Assembly (NCBI GenBank): GCA_051294905.1
Contig: CM119371.1
Location: 24,616,001-24,680,000 of the forward strand
Reading direction: 5' to 3'
Source: Botryllus schlosseri
Taxonomy: Eukaryota
DNA length: 64,000 bases
The first letter of the stretch is position 1, and each line of letters opens with the position of its first letter. The notes under the pieces were generated by a model, which saw only the letters and a list, made by a program, of their open reading frames with translations, searched no databases and was not told where the DNA came from. Of this stretch, positions 1 through 13,160 are shown in pieces. The position numbers and the translations under genes were made by a program.

Positions 1-421
1 TTTTGGAGGACTCAAGTATAGGTTTGGCCTGCTTGCGCTATACTTAATGAATCATTCCTGTGTCATAAACACTTGAGTAGTTGGTGCGTGTAGACAAAAA
101 CCTACTTGAGTACATAATTTTTATTTTTCAATAAAATTAGTATTCATTTTACAAAAACGTCGTGTAAAGGTTAAGTACTTGTACATTTCGGAGTACTCAA
201 GTATAGGTTTTGTCAGCTTATTATATGCTCATTATAATATATGTCAAGAATTGTGGAGCATTTATGTATGTCTCCAGGGTGCTCTTCATTGAGTGTCCGT
301 GTTGGGCGATAACTTTAATTCGCAAAATTAGTGTGTTCAAATCAGGCCTGTCGCCACATAGTGATGTCGAATTAGCCCTAAATACACAAAATAGAATATC
401 AAGGAAAAGTATCATCTAACG

Positions 422-3050
422 CAGTGCTTTTCAACCTTTTTGAGCTTCATTCGCACTTTTTTTGTAAAATAAATTTCATTCGCACAAACTAACCGAATAT
501 TGATATACAAAAAGAAGTTTAAAATACAACATTTATTTGCTCAGATGTGCAACAAATTGGCTACTATGTATCTTTAGCTTTCAAGTGTCTCATGAAAAAT
601 TATACTTTTTTCGCTTGTTTTGATTTCAGCTATTTCACTTCAACCCTTATATACTAGTTAACTAGTGCTTGGATGGTCAGGTATTAAAGCAGGGGTCACC
701 AACACTCGGCCCGCGGGTCGCATGAGGCCCGCGATGTCATATTTCGCGGCCCGGGATCTGTTTTCAGAAGAACGCCCAGTACTGAAATTCATGTCTGTTT
801 AAAAATATTGTCGACGTTGTTCAAAATGTGCTATTCTCCCTTTAGAAACGCGAAACCCCCTTCTTAAACTTGAAACCCCCTCCTTTTGAAATGGCCCTTC
901 AGGCCCTAATACTCGGTTGCAATTCACCAGGGCCGTAACAGCACCTCGTCAGGCCCTTAAAAAACTTTGGTCTTGGGCCCCCATAGGGTTATAGACCGAA
1001 CTTCTGCGAGGCTTCGCCCCCCAGACCCCCCTCCGGCGATACACTGTTTACCGCTATTTATCATATCCATTGGGAGTTTGTTTAGTGAATCAGCTCTTGT
1101 CGCCTAAGCGCGCGAAGCGCGGGAAATTTTTAGAATTCATGATTGAATCGGTCAGTATGATCGGGAATTGCATATATTGTTATCGGTTTTTATCTTCTCT
1201 CTGCTCACGTAATCAGATTTGCCGGTAGAGCTGAGTGAAGTGTCTTGAAAACGGGAGGGCCCGTAAATAATAATTAAACATCTTCGGGCGGGCGGACCCG
1301 TTGATATGACTTCGTTACATGATGTTATTTCGTGACTTCCAGTCTGCTATATCAACAAATATAGAATCGCCCAAACGTAGGCTTCTAAACTAAGAGACGC
1401 ACAATCGCATCTGCAATAGGCCTAGTATACGAAAGATATCGCTAGCCTAACTATACCGCGTCTTGGGCCTACCATACTTTGGCCGGGCTACGTAAGACGC
1501 ATTGGTCAGCGCGCGTATTTTATTGTTCGATGCCTTGATAAGCGCAGGTATTCAATTGTTCACGACAGATCAGGGAGTCGCTAATTAACAGCTCTTTCGG
1601 ACTCGTCGACAAGCTTATCATACGCGTATAATCGTCAACACGAGGATGTTGTATAATCGTTATTTACGTATCTACTTAACCCTAATGAATTGATGCTATA
1701 TTACCAGGGCCGTAACTGCCGCACCCCAAACCCAATTTATGCAATATTTTCAAAAATATTTCGCGCTAGGCGCAGTTTCAAGTCGCCAAATATCTTGATT
1801 ATTGGGTGCTCTTCCTCAAAGAAAAAATACGCAAGATTTATAGAAATGGGTATATCGGCGTTGGCCATTACCGCGGCACGAAGCACAAAGACATATAACG
1901 TTTTAGGCCATGAAACATGCGACTCCAAGAGGAAAAAATATATGCCAGTGAAGAAATACCAATCCGAAACCATGTGATCTTTCAGTCTAGTACGTTTGAG
2001 CGATTCTATATTTTTGATATAGCAGACAGGAGGTCACCAAATAACACCATGTAACGAAGTCATACCAACGGGTCCGCCCGCCCGAAGATGTTCAATCATT
2101 ATTTACGGACTGTACAGTTTCAAAGACACCTCACTCAGCTCTACCGGTAAAACTCATTACGTGAGCAGAGAGGACAAGACATTGATAGCAATATATATGC
2201 AATTCCCGATCTTATTGACCGATTTTATCATGAATCATCGAAAATTTTCGCGCTTGCTCACTAAAGTTCTGTTTATCACCATATGGGGGCCCAGGACCAA
2301 CGTTTTGGGGGCCGACGAAGTGCTGTTACGGCCCAGTATATTACTAAACTAGGTAAAAATCGAACCCGTCATTTTATTTCAACCACCCTCCCCTTTTTTC
2401 GACTGGCTACGCCGAACAGACGGATAGTCCTGGCACCCCTGGCACCGTGTCGACCCAAAATTATACCCTTTGCGGTCTATACTTTAATAACCCCTAAAAG
2501 GGTAAAATTTGCGTTACTGTAACTTGCAAATGGCAGTCTGTAATGATAGTATTTACTACTGTCCTCGTGCCTAGCACTAATCGAACAGGTATTACGGAAG
2601 TATTGATGATTGTTTATCGAAAGTAAGCAGAAAGTGAATTTAACGTCATTTTCCCATCCTCTGACGAACTGCTATGCGTGTCACTACACCAGCTTCCAAA
2701 CCAGGGTTTTGGTTACGTAATAACTATAGTGCGAAAATATCGATTCACCACGGCTTGTGAGAGCTACGACTAGTGGTGCGTCGTAAGTTAAACAAGTTTT
2801 TACAATTGCGTCGCAACAACTAAAGTTACACTGCCCTTGAATTTCGTATTATGTTTATTTAAAAACCAATTATTATTCACGATTTTCATTCGCTCTCATC
2901 CAGGATTTTCATTCGCACCGTTCGCACCACCTTCGTCATTCGCACACATCCGGGATTTTCATTCGCACCGTTCGCACCATGTTCGTCATTCGCACTGTAA
3001 TTTTTTTCATTCGCACAAGTGCGAACCGTCACACAGGTTGAAAAGCACTG
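422..3050. mobile_element. Non-autonomous hAT-type element (MITE) with nested repeats
   Basis: TIRs CAGTGCTTTTCAACCT / AGGTTGAAAAGCACTG. Perfect 8-bp TSD ATCTAACG at 414-421 and 3051-3058. Subterminal arrays of CATTCGCAC at both ends. Confidence 0.9.
928..2336. repeat. Inverted pair (~400-450 bp arms) of an abundant interspersed repeat module, foldback-like
   Basis: Ends CAGGGCCGTAACAGCAC / GTGCTGTTACGGCCCAG. About 928-1400 is the reverse complement of about 1975-2336. The core CTGCTCACGTAATCAGATTTACCGGTAGAGCTGAGTGAGG recurs near 5335, 7245, 7560, 28090, 44115, 49800 and 53270. No clear TSD. Confidence 0.7.
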
Positions 3051-3683
3051 ATCTAACGTATAATGAATGTTATTTATTTCTCGGAAGCAAGTTATCATCA
3101 AAACATAGTGGTCAAAATTAACAAAATTTTCGGAGTACCGACTTATTTAGGTGAAATCTGTTATGCGCTTTGTTACTTACTCTGAAAGCAAGCAAAGTTT
3201 GTGGTATTTGATCAACATGGAAATTTTGGAACTTTGCGTTTAGGTGATATTGTAAACATGAGTTACTTAAGAACATTTCGACTCATAGGTGTGGGTAATT
3301 AAAAATACAGAGTATTAAAATCATTAATGTATCGATCACAATTCTGCTCCAATACAAGTACACTTCTACGTAACGATTTTTCAGTAAGTAGTTATGTTTC
3401 TAGACTACTTTCACTTCTATGTAGCGTGCTTTCATACAAATCTGCTTACTTTTATAACCTTATATGTTATGAAGTAAAGATTAGTTTAAGGTTATGTTTG
3501 TATAACCTTGACGAGTGCTATTGTCTCACTCGATTACCATCTTTAAATCGTGGCTATCTCAATGAAGTTGAATAAATTTATGGCTTCAGAATGCGCTAAT
3601 TAGACCATGTCGTTATAACGCTAGGGTTCGCGTACAGGCAGAGATAGTGTTTGTATAATTAGAGCCCGGCGAATCTCGCGCCT

Positions 3684-3805
3684 GCGGCTATACTTCGTTC
3701 GATTATTTTCGCCTTGGGATTTGCGTATATGCTACTGAAGCTTCGCACGGCGGCGGCTATAGTTCGTTTGATTATTTTTGCCTTGGGATTCGCGGATATG
3801 CTACT
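3684..3805. repeat. Imperfect tandem duplication, 69-bp period, 2 copies
   Basis: GCGGCTATA(C/G)TTCGTT(C/T)GATTATTTT..CCTTGGGATT..CG.ATATGCTACT at 3684 and 3753. Confidence 0.75.
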
Positions 3806-5435
3806 AAGCTGTTACGACTTTAGAAAATTCTACAAGACTATTCGGGCACCCGGCGCAGCTTACATTATTACGTTATAAGACGCGGGCGGCGTTTCATACT
3901 GCCGGTTTAATCACCCTTATTCTAGTGACACGAAAAGGACTGAATCGTATGAAATGTGGTCACTACAAGAATCGAGCGAAAGCGCTGTTTCAATCCGTCT
4001 TGCATCGGTCACGATTAGTTTTACTTTTCAACTAACTTGGTGTCTGCCGTTATATTCATTAGACTCGCTTTCATGCGGCTAATTTGGTCCTATCATTATA
4101 ACGTCGGGGATCGCGTACCTGCGGCGAAGGTGTTCGTTTAATTATAGCGACGAGAACCGGACCCCTGCGGCTAGTCCGTTGGCATTTTAGTGCTGAGTTA
4201 AATACCCTTATACTCGACATGCAAACATCATACGGGTAGCGGTTGTACTGCGAGCTGATAATAAGGCTTAAAATGTGGAGACCTCGGAAATCGAAACCGC
4301 GATCTGCCTGCACTCAAAATCGCATTTTATATTATTCTAGGGATTATTATTATCAAGTCGCATTTAAGTAATTAATTTACACATAATAGAAAATCTGTCG
4401 ATTCTAGCCAAGGTAAGTTTTGACGCGGCAATCATGAGTCGTAAGATGTGGAAACTGCAGAAACCGTAACTTATACACATAAAATCAAGTTTAAAAAATA
4501 TGGACGGATGATATTAGTCCTAAATACACATAATACAATATCTGAGAAAAGTATCAAGATGCGGCAATCAATGCAGCGATGATATAGCAATGGATGGATG
4601 ATGTGGCACTATAGCGTGGCGCTTGATGATGTGGCACAGATGACGTAGCAGATGAATGTACCCTTAGGGTATGAAAATGGGCGTGGCAATTAGGATGACG
4701 TGGCGCTCTCTGATTGGCCTGCGTATAATCCAGGTACCCTCACTACTTGCCTCCGCTTTGGTTGCCTATTATCACCTGGTCGTAACCAGAGATGGCCACA
4801 GTCCGGTTCAGGAGCCGGAGCAGGATTTCAATGTTTTTTTACCTGGCCGGACTGGATCCGGATTTCGAATTTGGGGTGACGGTCGGATTTTAGGGTCTAT
4901 CGATTTGCGTAATCTATAACTCTACCATGAAATCAAAACGCATGCTACTAAGGATGACCTGATACTTGATTCGTGGCATAGGGACGATTCTTAGTTCACG
5001 TACATTTTGTAAAATAATCCTTTGATTAAAAATAAATGAATAAAACATTTGTTACCACACTTCAAGTCACGGCTCACCGGCAAACCTCTCGCGGCACCTA
5101 CGTTAAAATCACTGTTGTCGGGAAATTCATGTGACCATCATAAAGTTACTTTTTTACGTTGGAAAACGCCATTGTGACGTCATGTTGATAAAAGTCGCTC
5201 GCAGCCCTTGCCCCACCACCCGATATTGTCACGAGCCGCCACTGGTCGCCCTAGGTAACAAAATTTTCTATAATGCATGAATGAATAGGTGGTAATTACA
5301 TATATAAGTCGCTATAAACTTTTTATCCTCTCAGCCCACGTAATCAGATTTACCAGTAGCGCTGATTGAACTGTTGTATGGGAAGATGGAGGGCACGTAA
5401 TTAATAATTAAACATATTCGGGCGTGCCCGCAGGT

Positions 5436-6954
5436 CAGGGCTGTGAAGTCGGTAAATTTTACCTCCGACTCCGACTCCACACATTTTCAATATGCCGACT
5501 CCGACTCCTGAGTCTTAAAACGTACCGACTCCGACTCCGACTCCAGAGTCTTTAAATGTACCGACTCCGACTCCCGACTCCGACTCCAACAGTATTAAGA
5601 ATTTACTTCGAAAATTATATGCCACATTGTCGGTTGAATGACTATCATAGAACCATTAAACATATGCAAACATATGATTAACGGTGGCATGCTAAATTGT
5701 TTCATTGTGGAACAGCTCGAATTATCCACTGTGCAATTAACATGAAAGAAAGATTTGCTAAATATCCTTCCTTTTTCAAGATTTTATAACATGGACTCTC
5801 TAATATCCTGAAATGTATTAATCATTCAAATATGACAGATATCCAATCCTGTATAATAAAAATGTAGTTAAAAATTCCAAGTGTAGCTCTTGTGTATGAG
5901 TCAGCAACTAATAAAGAGATTGAACTTACTAATTTCGTCATTGCACACTATCCTGATTACAAGCACACACACTGTTACTACTATAATAGACATTGGTGAT
6001 AAATGGAATTTAGTTAAGTAGTCGAAGACCATAGCCTATGTCTAGTTTACATGTGCTTAATAAAGTATTCAAGGATTGGGACTTGCAGTCTTTCTTAATC
6101 ATTTGTTTGACCCAAGCAGCTCAGCTACACTACAAATATTTTTAATTTTGTCAAGTGGGAAGCATCGTTTGGTCATATTTACGTCATTTTTACAATTTTA
6201 CAAAACCAGCCGATGCATTTGCTCTGTCACAGTATCATGGTATAATTCCAAAAATTGCATCAATTTTGACTGCATCGCCAAAGGGACACATGAGATTTAC
6301 GAACCATTGCGCGGGCAACTGGAATGTTGATAACCTTTTTACAGTCGTCCGATAGGAGTGAACTGAATTAGGTAACATTGCAAACAAGACTTATATTAAT
6401 ACGCTCTAAAATTTGAAGTCAAATAAATCTGCTATGAAATATTCTACTCTATGGTCATATACGAAGATCTGGGATAAATGTGGCTGGCCCATGGATACGT
6501 CAATGCGTCAGAATTGTTGTTTTAGTCATCATCAAATTTCGTGTTCATGCTAATCAAATTTTGGTTGGCCTTGCAATTGTACCTGATGTCATAAAAAATT
6601 TCGAGAATTACCTCGCAGGCCACACCTAACCTTCTCGTGTGTCAAATTTGGCCTGCGTGCCACGGGCTGGCCGCACCTGATCTGTATGGTTATTAATAAC
6701 AGTGATTGGTGGTACATAAAAATTCTATGGAAAATTCTTTGAAAGTAAATGTTTACATGATAGACAACTTGGAGTCGGAGTCGAAGTCAGGGTCATTCTC
6801 ACAAACTCCGACTCCGACTCCAGTCAGTATTTTCCCACCGAATCCGACTCCGACTCCAGCAACTATAGTTTTCACGACTCTGACTCCGACTCCATCAAGC
6901 GAAAATTACCCAGACTCCGACTCCGACCCCTCCGACTCCGACTCCACAGCCCTG
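5436..6954. mobile_element. hAT-type MITE with CCGACT subterminal arrays
   Basis: TIRs CAGGGCTGTGAAGTCGG / CCGACTCCACAGCCCTG. Degenerate 8-bp TSD CCGCAGGT / ACGTAGGT. (CCGACT)n arrays at both ends. Confidence 0.8.
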
Positions 6955-7601
6955 ACGTAGGTACAATTAATTCGTTTCCAGGGCCGTAACAGCACTTCGT
7001 AAGCCCCCCCCAAAAAAACGTTGGTCTTAGCCCCCCCCATCGGGTGATAAACCAAACTTCCGGGGGGATTCGCCCCCGGACCCCCTTTCGGCTATACACT
7101 ATTTGCTGATTACTAGTCATCTACATTGGGTGTCCATTTACTGAGCCAGGTATTCCCGCCTAGAAAATTTTCAAATATTAATGCTTGAATTGGTAAATAT
7201 GATCGGGAATTGCATGTATATTTATATCAAATTTTATCCTCTCTCTGCTCACGTAAACAGATTTACCGGTAGAGCTGAGTGATGTGTGATTGAAAATTAA
7301 TAATAATTATACATCTTCGGGCGTATACCCGTTGGCAGGAACGAAACGGCACTTCATCAGGCCCCCCGAAAAAACTTGGGTCCTGGGCTCCCATAGGGTG
7401 ATAAACCGACCGCCCCCATCACGTTGTTCGTTTTGCCACGAAATCAGCTGTACTGTTTAGCGAGCCTGTGCGAAGTGCGAAAACTTTCGATAATTCATGA
7501 TAAAATCGGTCAGTAAGATCGGGAATTGCATATATATTGCTATTAATTTCTTGTCCTCTCTGCTCACGTTACCAGATTTACCGGTAGAGCTGAGTGAGGT
7601 G

Positions 7602-7786
7602 CAATGTTCCGTCTAAGCTGCTCACGTGCGCAGTGCTGACATGGTATCTGTGCACAAAAAATCTACGATGCGCACAACTAATCCGAAGTTTTGACCCATT
7701 TTTAGTCGTTACGCACTGTTGTCCAAGGGTCTGCGCAGTGAGTTTATGTTGTGTGCGCAGACTCATCAAAACGTGGAGCGAACAAT
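7602..7786. mobile_element. Short MITE inserted into the common repeat module
   Basis: 8-bp TSD GTGAGGTG at 7594-7601 and 7787-7794. The interrupted module resumes GTCTTGGAAAC. A related copy at ~12150-13190 is split by another MITE. Confidence 0.7.
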
Positions 7787-10590
7787 GTGAGGTGTCTTGG
7801 AAACTGTAGGGCCCGTAACTAATAGTTAAACATTGCATGATGCACGTTGCATGATGTTATTTCGTGACCTCCTGTCTGCTATATCAACAAATATAGAATC
7901 GCCCAACAGGGATATCGCCCAACAAGAATATCTAGTTTTAGATATCCCTGTCGCCCAATCGTACTGAACTAAAAGACGAACACGATTTCAAATTGGTATT
8001 TCTTCACTGGCATATAATTTTTCCCTGCCGGATGGAATTCGTCTTCTGGGTTTCAGATTGCCAACACAGGAATATTCGGTGCCAGTCATTTAGGCGCCCA
8101 TGGACAATTAAACCTATATGTATTTTGTAGGCTATATATAACGAAGTTTTCGGTGTTCATTTTCTCTGAATACTCATTAAGGATATGTCCTGCCACCATA
8201 TCATCTACTGCGAAGCCATTTTTCTCCAGCGCCCCCATACTGCCCTCCTGAGCCCAGCGCCCCCCATATCGCCCACTGAGCGTTTCCGCCCCCTTTCAAA
8301 ATCGCCAGCGCCCCCTGGGGGCGCTGGAGGGAAGGTTAAGAACCACTGCCCTAATACAACGAATGCTTATTGGTCATTGAAGCTATATGCGTAGGCGAAT
8401 TTACTTGATCAAACCGGGTTAGATACACAAAAACTGAACAATGCAACAATTTAAATAGCCTAAGCCTACCCAAGAAGCCCTCAAGACGCGGGCAACAATA
8501 AAGTGGGCGAAAGCAAGCATTTCGGTGTTTAATTCAACCCCAAAGAGAATATGTCCTACACGACCTACAGTTAGACACAGCATAGAAGTTCTCCACTGCC
8601 CATACAGTCATTAGTACAGTGATTCGACTTGATTTTTTTTTAACAAAGATGGAGACTTGTTTGAATGTGCTGATTCGGCACAACTCCAATCCTTTTGAGA
8701 AATCCTTTTAACGTGATCTCTTGATTCGAACGTAACCTGAATATTACTGACACCAACTTTCAAACACCTCGCATCGTTCACACATTCCGCGCCGCTGTTT
8801 TCACACCTATAGAATCAATACCAACTAGCCCTTCAAGAATCAAGAATCACAAGTATGCACATTATACAGTTATTGTATTTATCAACTTGAAATCAAACTC
8901 TTAACAAAAACACGCATCTTATCACTTGCCAACTCTATCATGAAAATCCTCGAATCCATATTATTAGGAATGTTATAGTACGGCGTCGGAATCCACCCAA
9001 GAGATGTTCTGTAGGTAAAATGAGATCACCCAAAATGAAATATTTTGACTATGGTGTAGTGTGAATTGAAATAGGATTGACAAACATGACTACCAACTTT
9101 CACCCAGTCCCATTTCGATATTATACGCACATTGATTTGAAACAAGTAATGAAACATCGCAACTCTATTCGTGAATTGGCTTTACGTTTGCCAAAGAGAG
9201 TTTCGGAAATACTATCACTATGACATCAAAACATTTTAACATCTTGCCATACGCAAAAGAGTAAAATACAAAAACCTTGTCAAGTCAATCCGTTTGAAAC
9301 TTATTCAACCAACTCAATCAGTATACGTATGAAAAGTAGACAAGATTACGAGAGTACATGCAGCCACAACAACCTAAAATCCATAACAAGTTCGGTTTTA
9401 GTCATATACCGCCAACTCGTCTTTTTTATTCCACTGTAAAAGTCGTTACTATTCTGTAAGATAAAAGAATTACTACGCGGTATCTTCCTCAAAACAAAGT
9501 AATTACTACTAGATATATTTTTTAACCCAAAAGTACTTACTAATCGGTGCAGGCGACTTGAGATTAACATAATATGTTGGAGTAAACGAGATTTGAAAGT
9601 ATGACCAACGTAGTTGAGGATTTGTTTTTTTACAACCGAACGCTGGCGTTATATTGAAAGTTATCATGCTGTAAACACAAGGATTGAAACATTGATTTGA
9701 CGTATGAGATTTTGTAATGGTCGATCATGACTTGATTAATAAATTATTCACGTTAATTAGACCCGGTTTTGTGGTAAAGGTTATTATGACAGCAACAAAC
9801 TTTTCACTACCATGGCCATTAACATATTGAGTCGTAAAACTAGATTAGCGTGTCTGAAATGTTCTTGATTGGAAAATTACTCCACGTTGGTACAAATGAC
9901 TCTGCGTATCGCGGATATCAGAAAATATTTTACAAATGTAATTGTTTGCGGTAAACAAGACTAAAGATGAAACAACAATTTCGTTTGTTGATCAACAACC
10001 GGCGCAGTACTTTATTGTCAGAATCTGTGACAGCGAATTGAAACATGGACAAAGTACGAAAATATCACTTTGGAATTCGAGGGCATCATTTCAACCGTGT
10101 TAAACTATTGTTACACTCTCTGTCGAACGCGTGAAATGTAAAACATTACGAGGTCACACTCTAAGGGTGGGTTTCAAAAAGTTGTCTTAATTTAGACCTG
10201 GCTTAAGGCCAGTGAATGACTTGCCCAGGACGCCAGGCGTCGGCGGTCTTACTTCGGTTTCAAATGTCAATTTGGCGCCGCGCTCGGCCAAGTCCGTTAG
10301 TTGCGAGTAATTACTGTCTACTTCGTCGCTGTAGCGAGTTCAACACGGAACCGAGGCCAGATTTTTATTGTTTTGAGTTGCTCGCTGATGTCGTAAAGTA
10401 TGGTAGCGATGCAGTGAAGGAATATGGAATTGCTTGAGTTGTTGAAATTTACGGACGGATGATCAGAACGGAACCCCGAGGGAGTATCTGGCAAATGTTC
10501 AGCACGTTATCGCAAAGTATATGAAGAAATAGTGCGGGTGTTATTCCCATTTTTGAAGACACAACTTTCCAGCATTTTGGCATGTTAAAT

Positions 10591-10830
10591 GATGAAGATC
10601 ATGCTCTTGGAGATGCTGAATATCCACTGAGGACTTATTACTCACGCCACTATTATGCCCAAGAACTTTGACCGAAAAAAGTCACTATTGTTTTCGTACA
10701 TACTGTTACCCTCTGGCAGAGCGCAGTGCTTTGTGTTGAAGAAAATATCTCTCGCATTGGCTATATTCAAGGAAGAACCTCAGAATATCGATATGACAAT
10801 AGCCTGCCTCTGCGTTTACAATCATAGCAA
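10591..10830 (+). pseudogene. Harbinger (HARBI1-like) DDE nuclease C-terminal remnant
   Basis: Reads LGDAEYPLRTY then frameshifts to LTPL (family motif LGDSGYPL..LLTP), later IACLCVYN (family motif ACxxLHN). Frameshifted and internally deleted. Confidence 0.7.
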
Positions 10831-12283
10831 TGCTGACAAGGCAGATGGAGCTGAATTTGATCACATACTGCAACTGGAAGCGTTGACCGCACTCCCACAG
10901 TATCGACTCCTACATAGAAATCTGCACGACAACGCATGATCTAGAGATTTTTTCTAGCTAGCATTCTTGTTTGCAATACATTTGATTACATTCCAAAACA
11001 TACTCGTGCTTTATTTCTTGTGACACGTTAAATGAGGTAAAGTGTGCAATATGGCTTAAAGTAAGTTCAAGTTCATAAATTTGGACACAAGATAGCGAAG
11101 TTATGGCAAGGGGCTTGGAAAACCGGAGCAGGCGAACATGAACGGCTGAACAAAATTGAATCAAATGTACAAAAGACATGTTTTGACTCTAGATTCGGCT
11201 AGCGTCAAATTAATGTTGTCCAGCATCTTCTATAATTATTACGTCGAGACCCTGCTCAACTTGTTTCATTCTCTTCTGCTTTAGCACTGATTTTCAAATC
11301 TTCGCTGCTTCGTAGTTGACTTCGGGCCTGGACTTCGGTGAGCTGTTGGTAGAGATATAACTGATGAATTTCGGACGAATTTTTTAATTTTGATACTGTT
11401 GCTATCTATACAAAACTCAATAGTCTATTGTAATACATAGCATCAGCAAACTATACGAATGTTAATAGCAATAATAATGAGATAATAATTAATAGCAATA
11501 ATAATGAGATAACAAACAGATAATTGATGACCTGGTGATGAATGCAAATTTACCTTGATTTGGTTGGAAATGTTGTTGCCAAAACAACTAGCAGATGCAG
11601 CTCCCAACTGCTACTCCATAAGCTGGTAGATCAGATGGGTCAGCATCTATCACAAAACAACTTATCAAGCATGATATAAATATGAATGGAAATGACATAC
11701 TTACAGCCAGGTGTTGGTATCACGGTGTGAAGAACTGGATAAAGTTCGAGCAAAGTGCTTTCAGAAAAACCATGATATAAAAGGAACTGGATATTGGTAT
11801 GCGTAATTGCGCATTCACACTCACATATACAGATAGATAGATAGATAAATACCTATTTGATGGCTTGGCACATCACTGTTTGTTTGATTTTCTCTGTGTT
11901 CCAAAATAATGGTGCTATCGTTTGTTTCACAGCCTGCAACTCACTCTGGTGGCACATTGCACAGCTATATAATAATTTTTTACATTGACTTATTATGCTA
12001 CTATGTCGATACTATGACTGAATAGCAAATCTGTGAAAATCAATGTGGAATTGACATTTATCTCAAAAAAATTTGGATTACTGAAGCGTTAGCATGTACT
12101 GCACTTTGAATATTATTGGCATATATCACTTCACATCAATGGCCTTTTTAAGCTGCATACGTGCGCAAATGCGCAGTGCTGACACGGTCTATGCACACAG
12201 AAAATCTGAAGTAATGACCCTTTTTTTTAGGGGGTCTGGGGGCCGAGGGTATGCGTAGTGAGTTCTTGAGTGTACGCACAGAC

Positions 12284-13160
12284 TAGCGTTGGGACCCCGG
12301 GAAATCCCGATCCCGGGATCCCGGGATTTGAAGCAATCCCGATCCCGGGATTGGTCCCGATGAAATCCCGGGATTTGGGAACAGCATCTACCAAGGCTTA
12401 TGTAGCGCCATATCTCTTATTTTGGTAATAAAGCAGTGTCACAAACTCGGCTGATTGTCTAGAACAGTGGCCTCAAACACGCGCCCCGCTAGAACTGTTT
12501 TTGCGGCCCACGTCGGCGTTTTGACTTTTCAAGCATTCGACAATATTAAACTCGAAAATTTCAGATTTCGCATTTGAGACCTTGAAATTTCATTCTGAAA
12601 CCACTCCAAAAACCTGAATCGCTATCACACATCAAACGTCCACTAGCTGCTAAATTATAATGCGACAGCTTTTACGATGACACGATGCATTTGTCGTCTC
12701 GCATGGTTTCTAATTGTCTATATAACTTCTTATGTCGCCAAATTATGCCAAGCACAACAATATTTTTTTTAAATATTGAAAAATATTACTTTTTCGTGGC
12801 AACCGTGAATATTACAATAGTGTATTACATTTTCACAATGTGTATGGAATGCCAATCTGCAAGGTCCGACAAAAAAGGCGTACTGGGAAATACATATTAT
12901 ACCCCTTTCTGATGCTGCTGCTCGCCGCGTCATCAAAAACTACGAAATTGGCCCGCGAGCAAATTGGAGATTGGGACCCCTGATCTAAACGATGATACTC
13001 TTGATGCTCATATGTTTTGCGTCAATTCAATATCACAAGGACTAAATGTTATTTGTGTAACTTGAATGTGTATTTTACTACTTTTCTAATCACGGGGAAT
13101 CGCGGGATTGAGGAGCGAAAATCCCGGGATTTCAAATTTGATCCCGAAGTCCCAACCCTA
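12284..13160. mobile_element. hAT-type MITE with ATCCCG/CGGGAT arrays, nested in the Harbinger element
   Basis: TIRs TAGCGTTGGGAC / GTCCCAACCCTA. Perfect 8-bp TSD GCACAGAC at 12276-12283 and 13161-13168. Confidence 0.88.
12465..12982. mobile_element. Charlie/Buster-like hAT MITE nested in 12284-13160
   Basis: Ends CAGTGGCCTCAAAC..GCCCCGC / GCCCGCGAG..TTGGGACCCCTG. Degenerate TSD GTCTAGAA / ATCTAAAC. Confidence 0.6.

Noticed and set aside
3650..4760. Helitron-like element (GATGATGTGGCA repeats, GC-rich end)
   Set aside because: I could not identify a 5' TC terminus or a clean hairpin plus CTRR 3' terminus.
6706..6960. Pro/Thr- and Ser/Asp-repeat protein
   Set aside because: It is the translation of the CCGACT subterminal array of a MITE.
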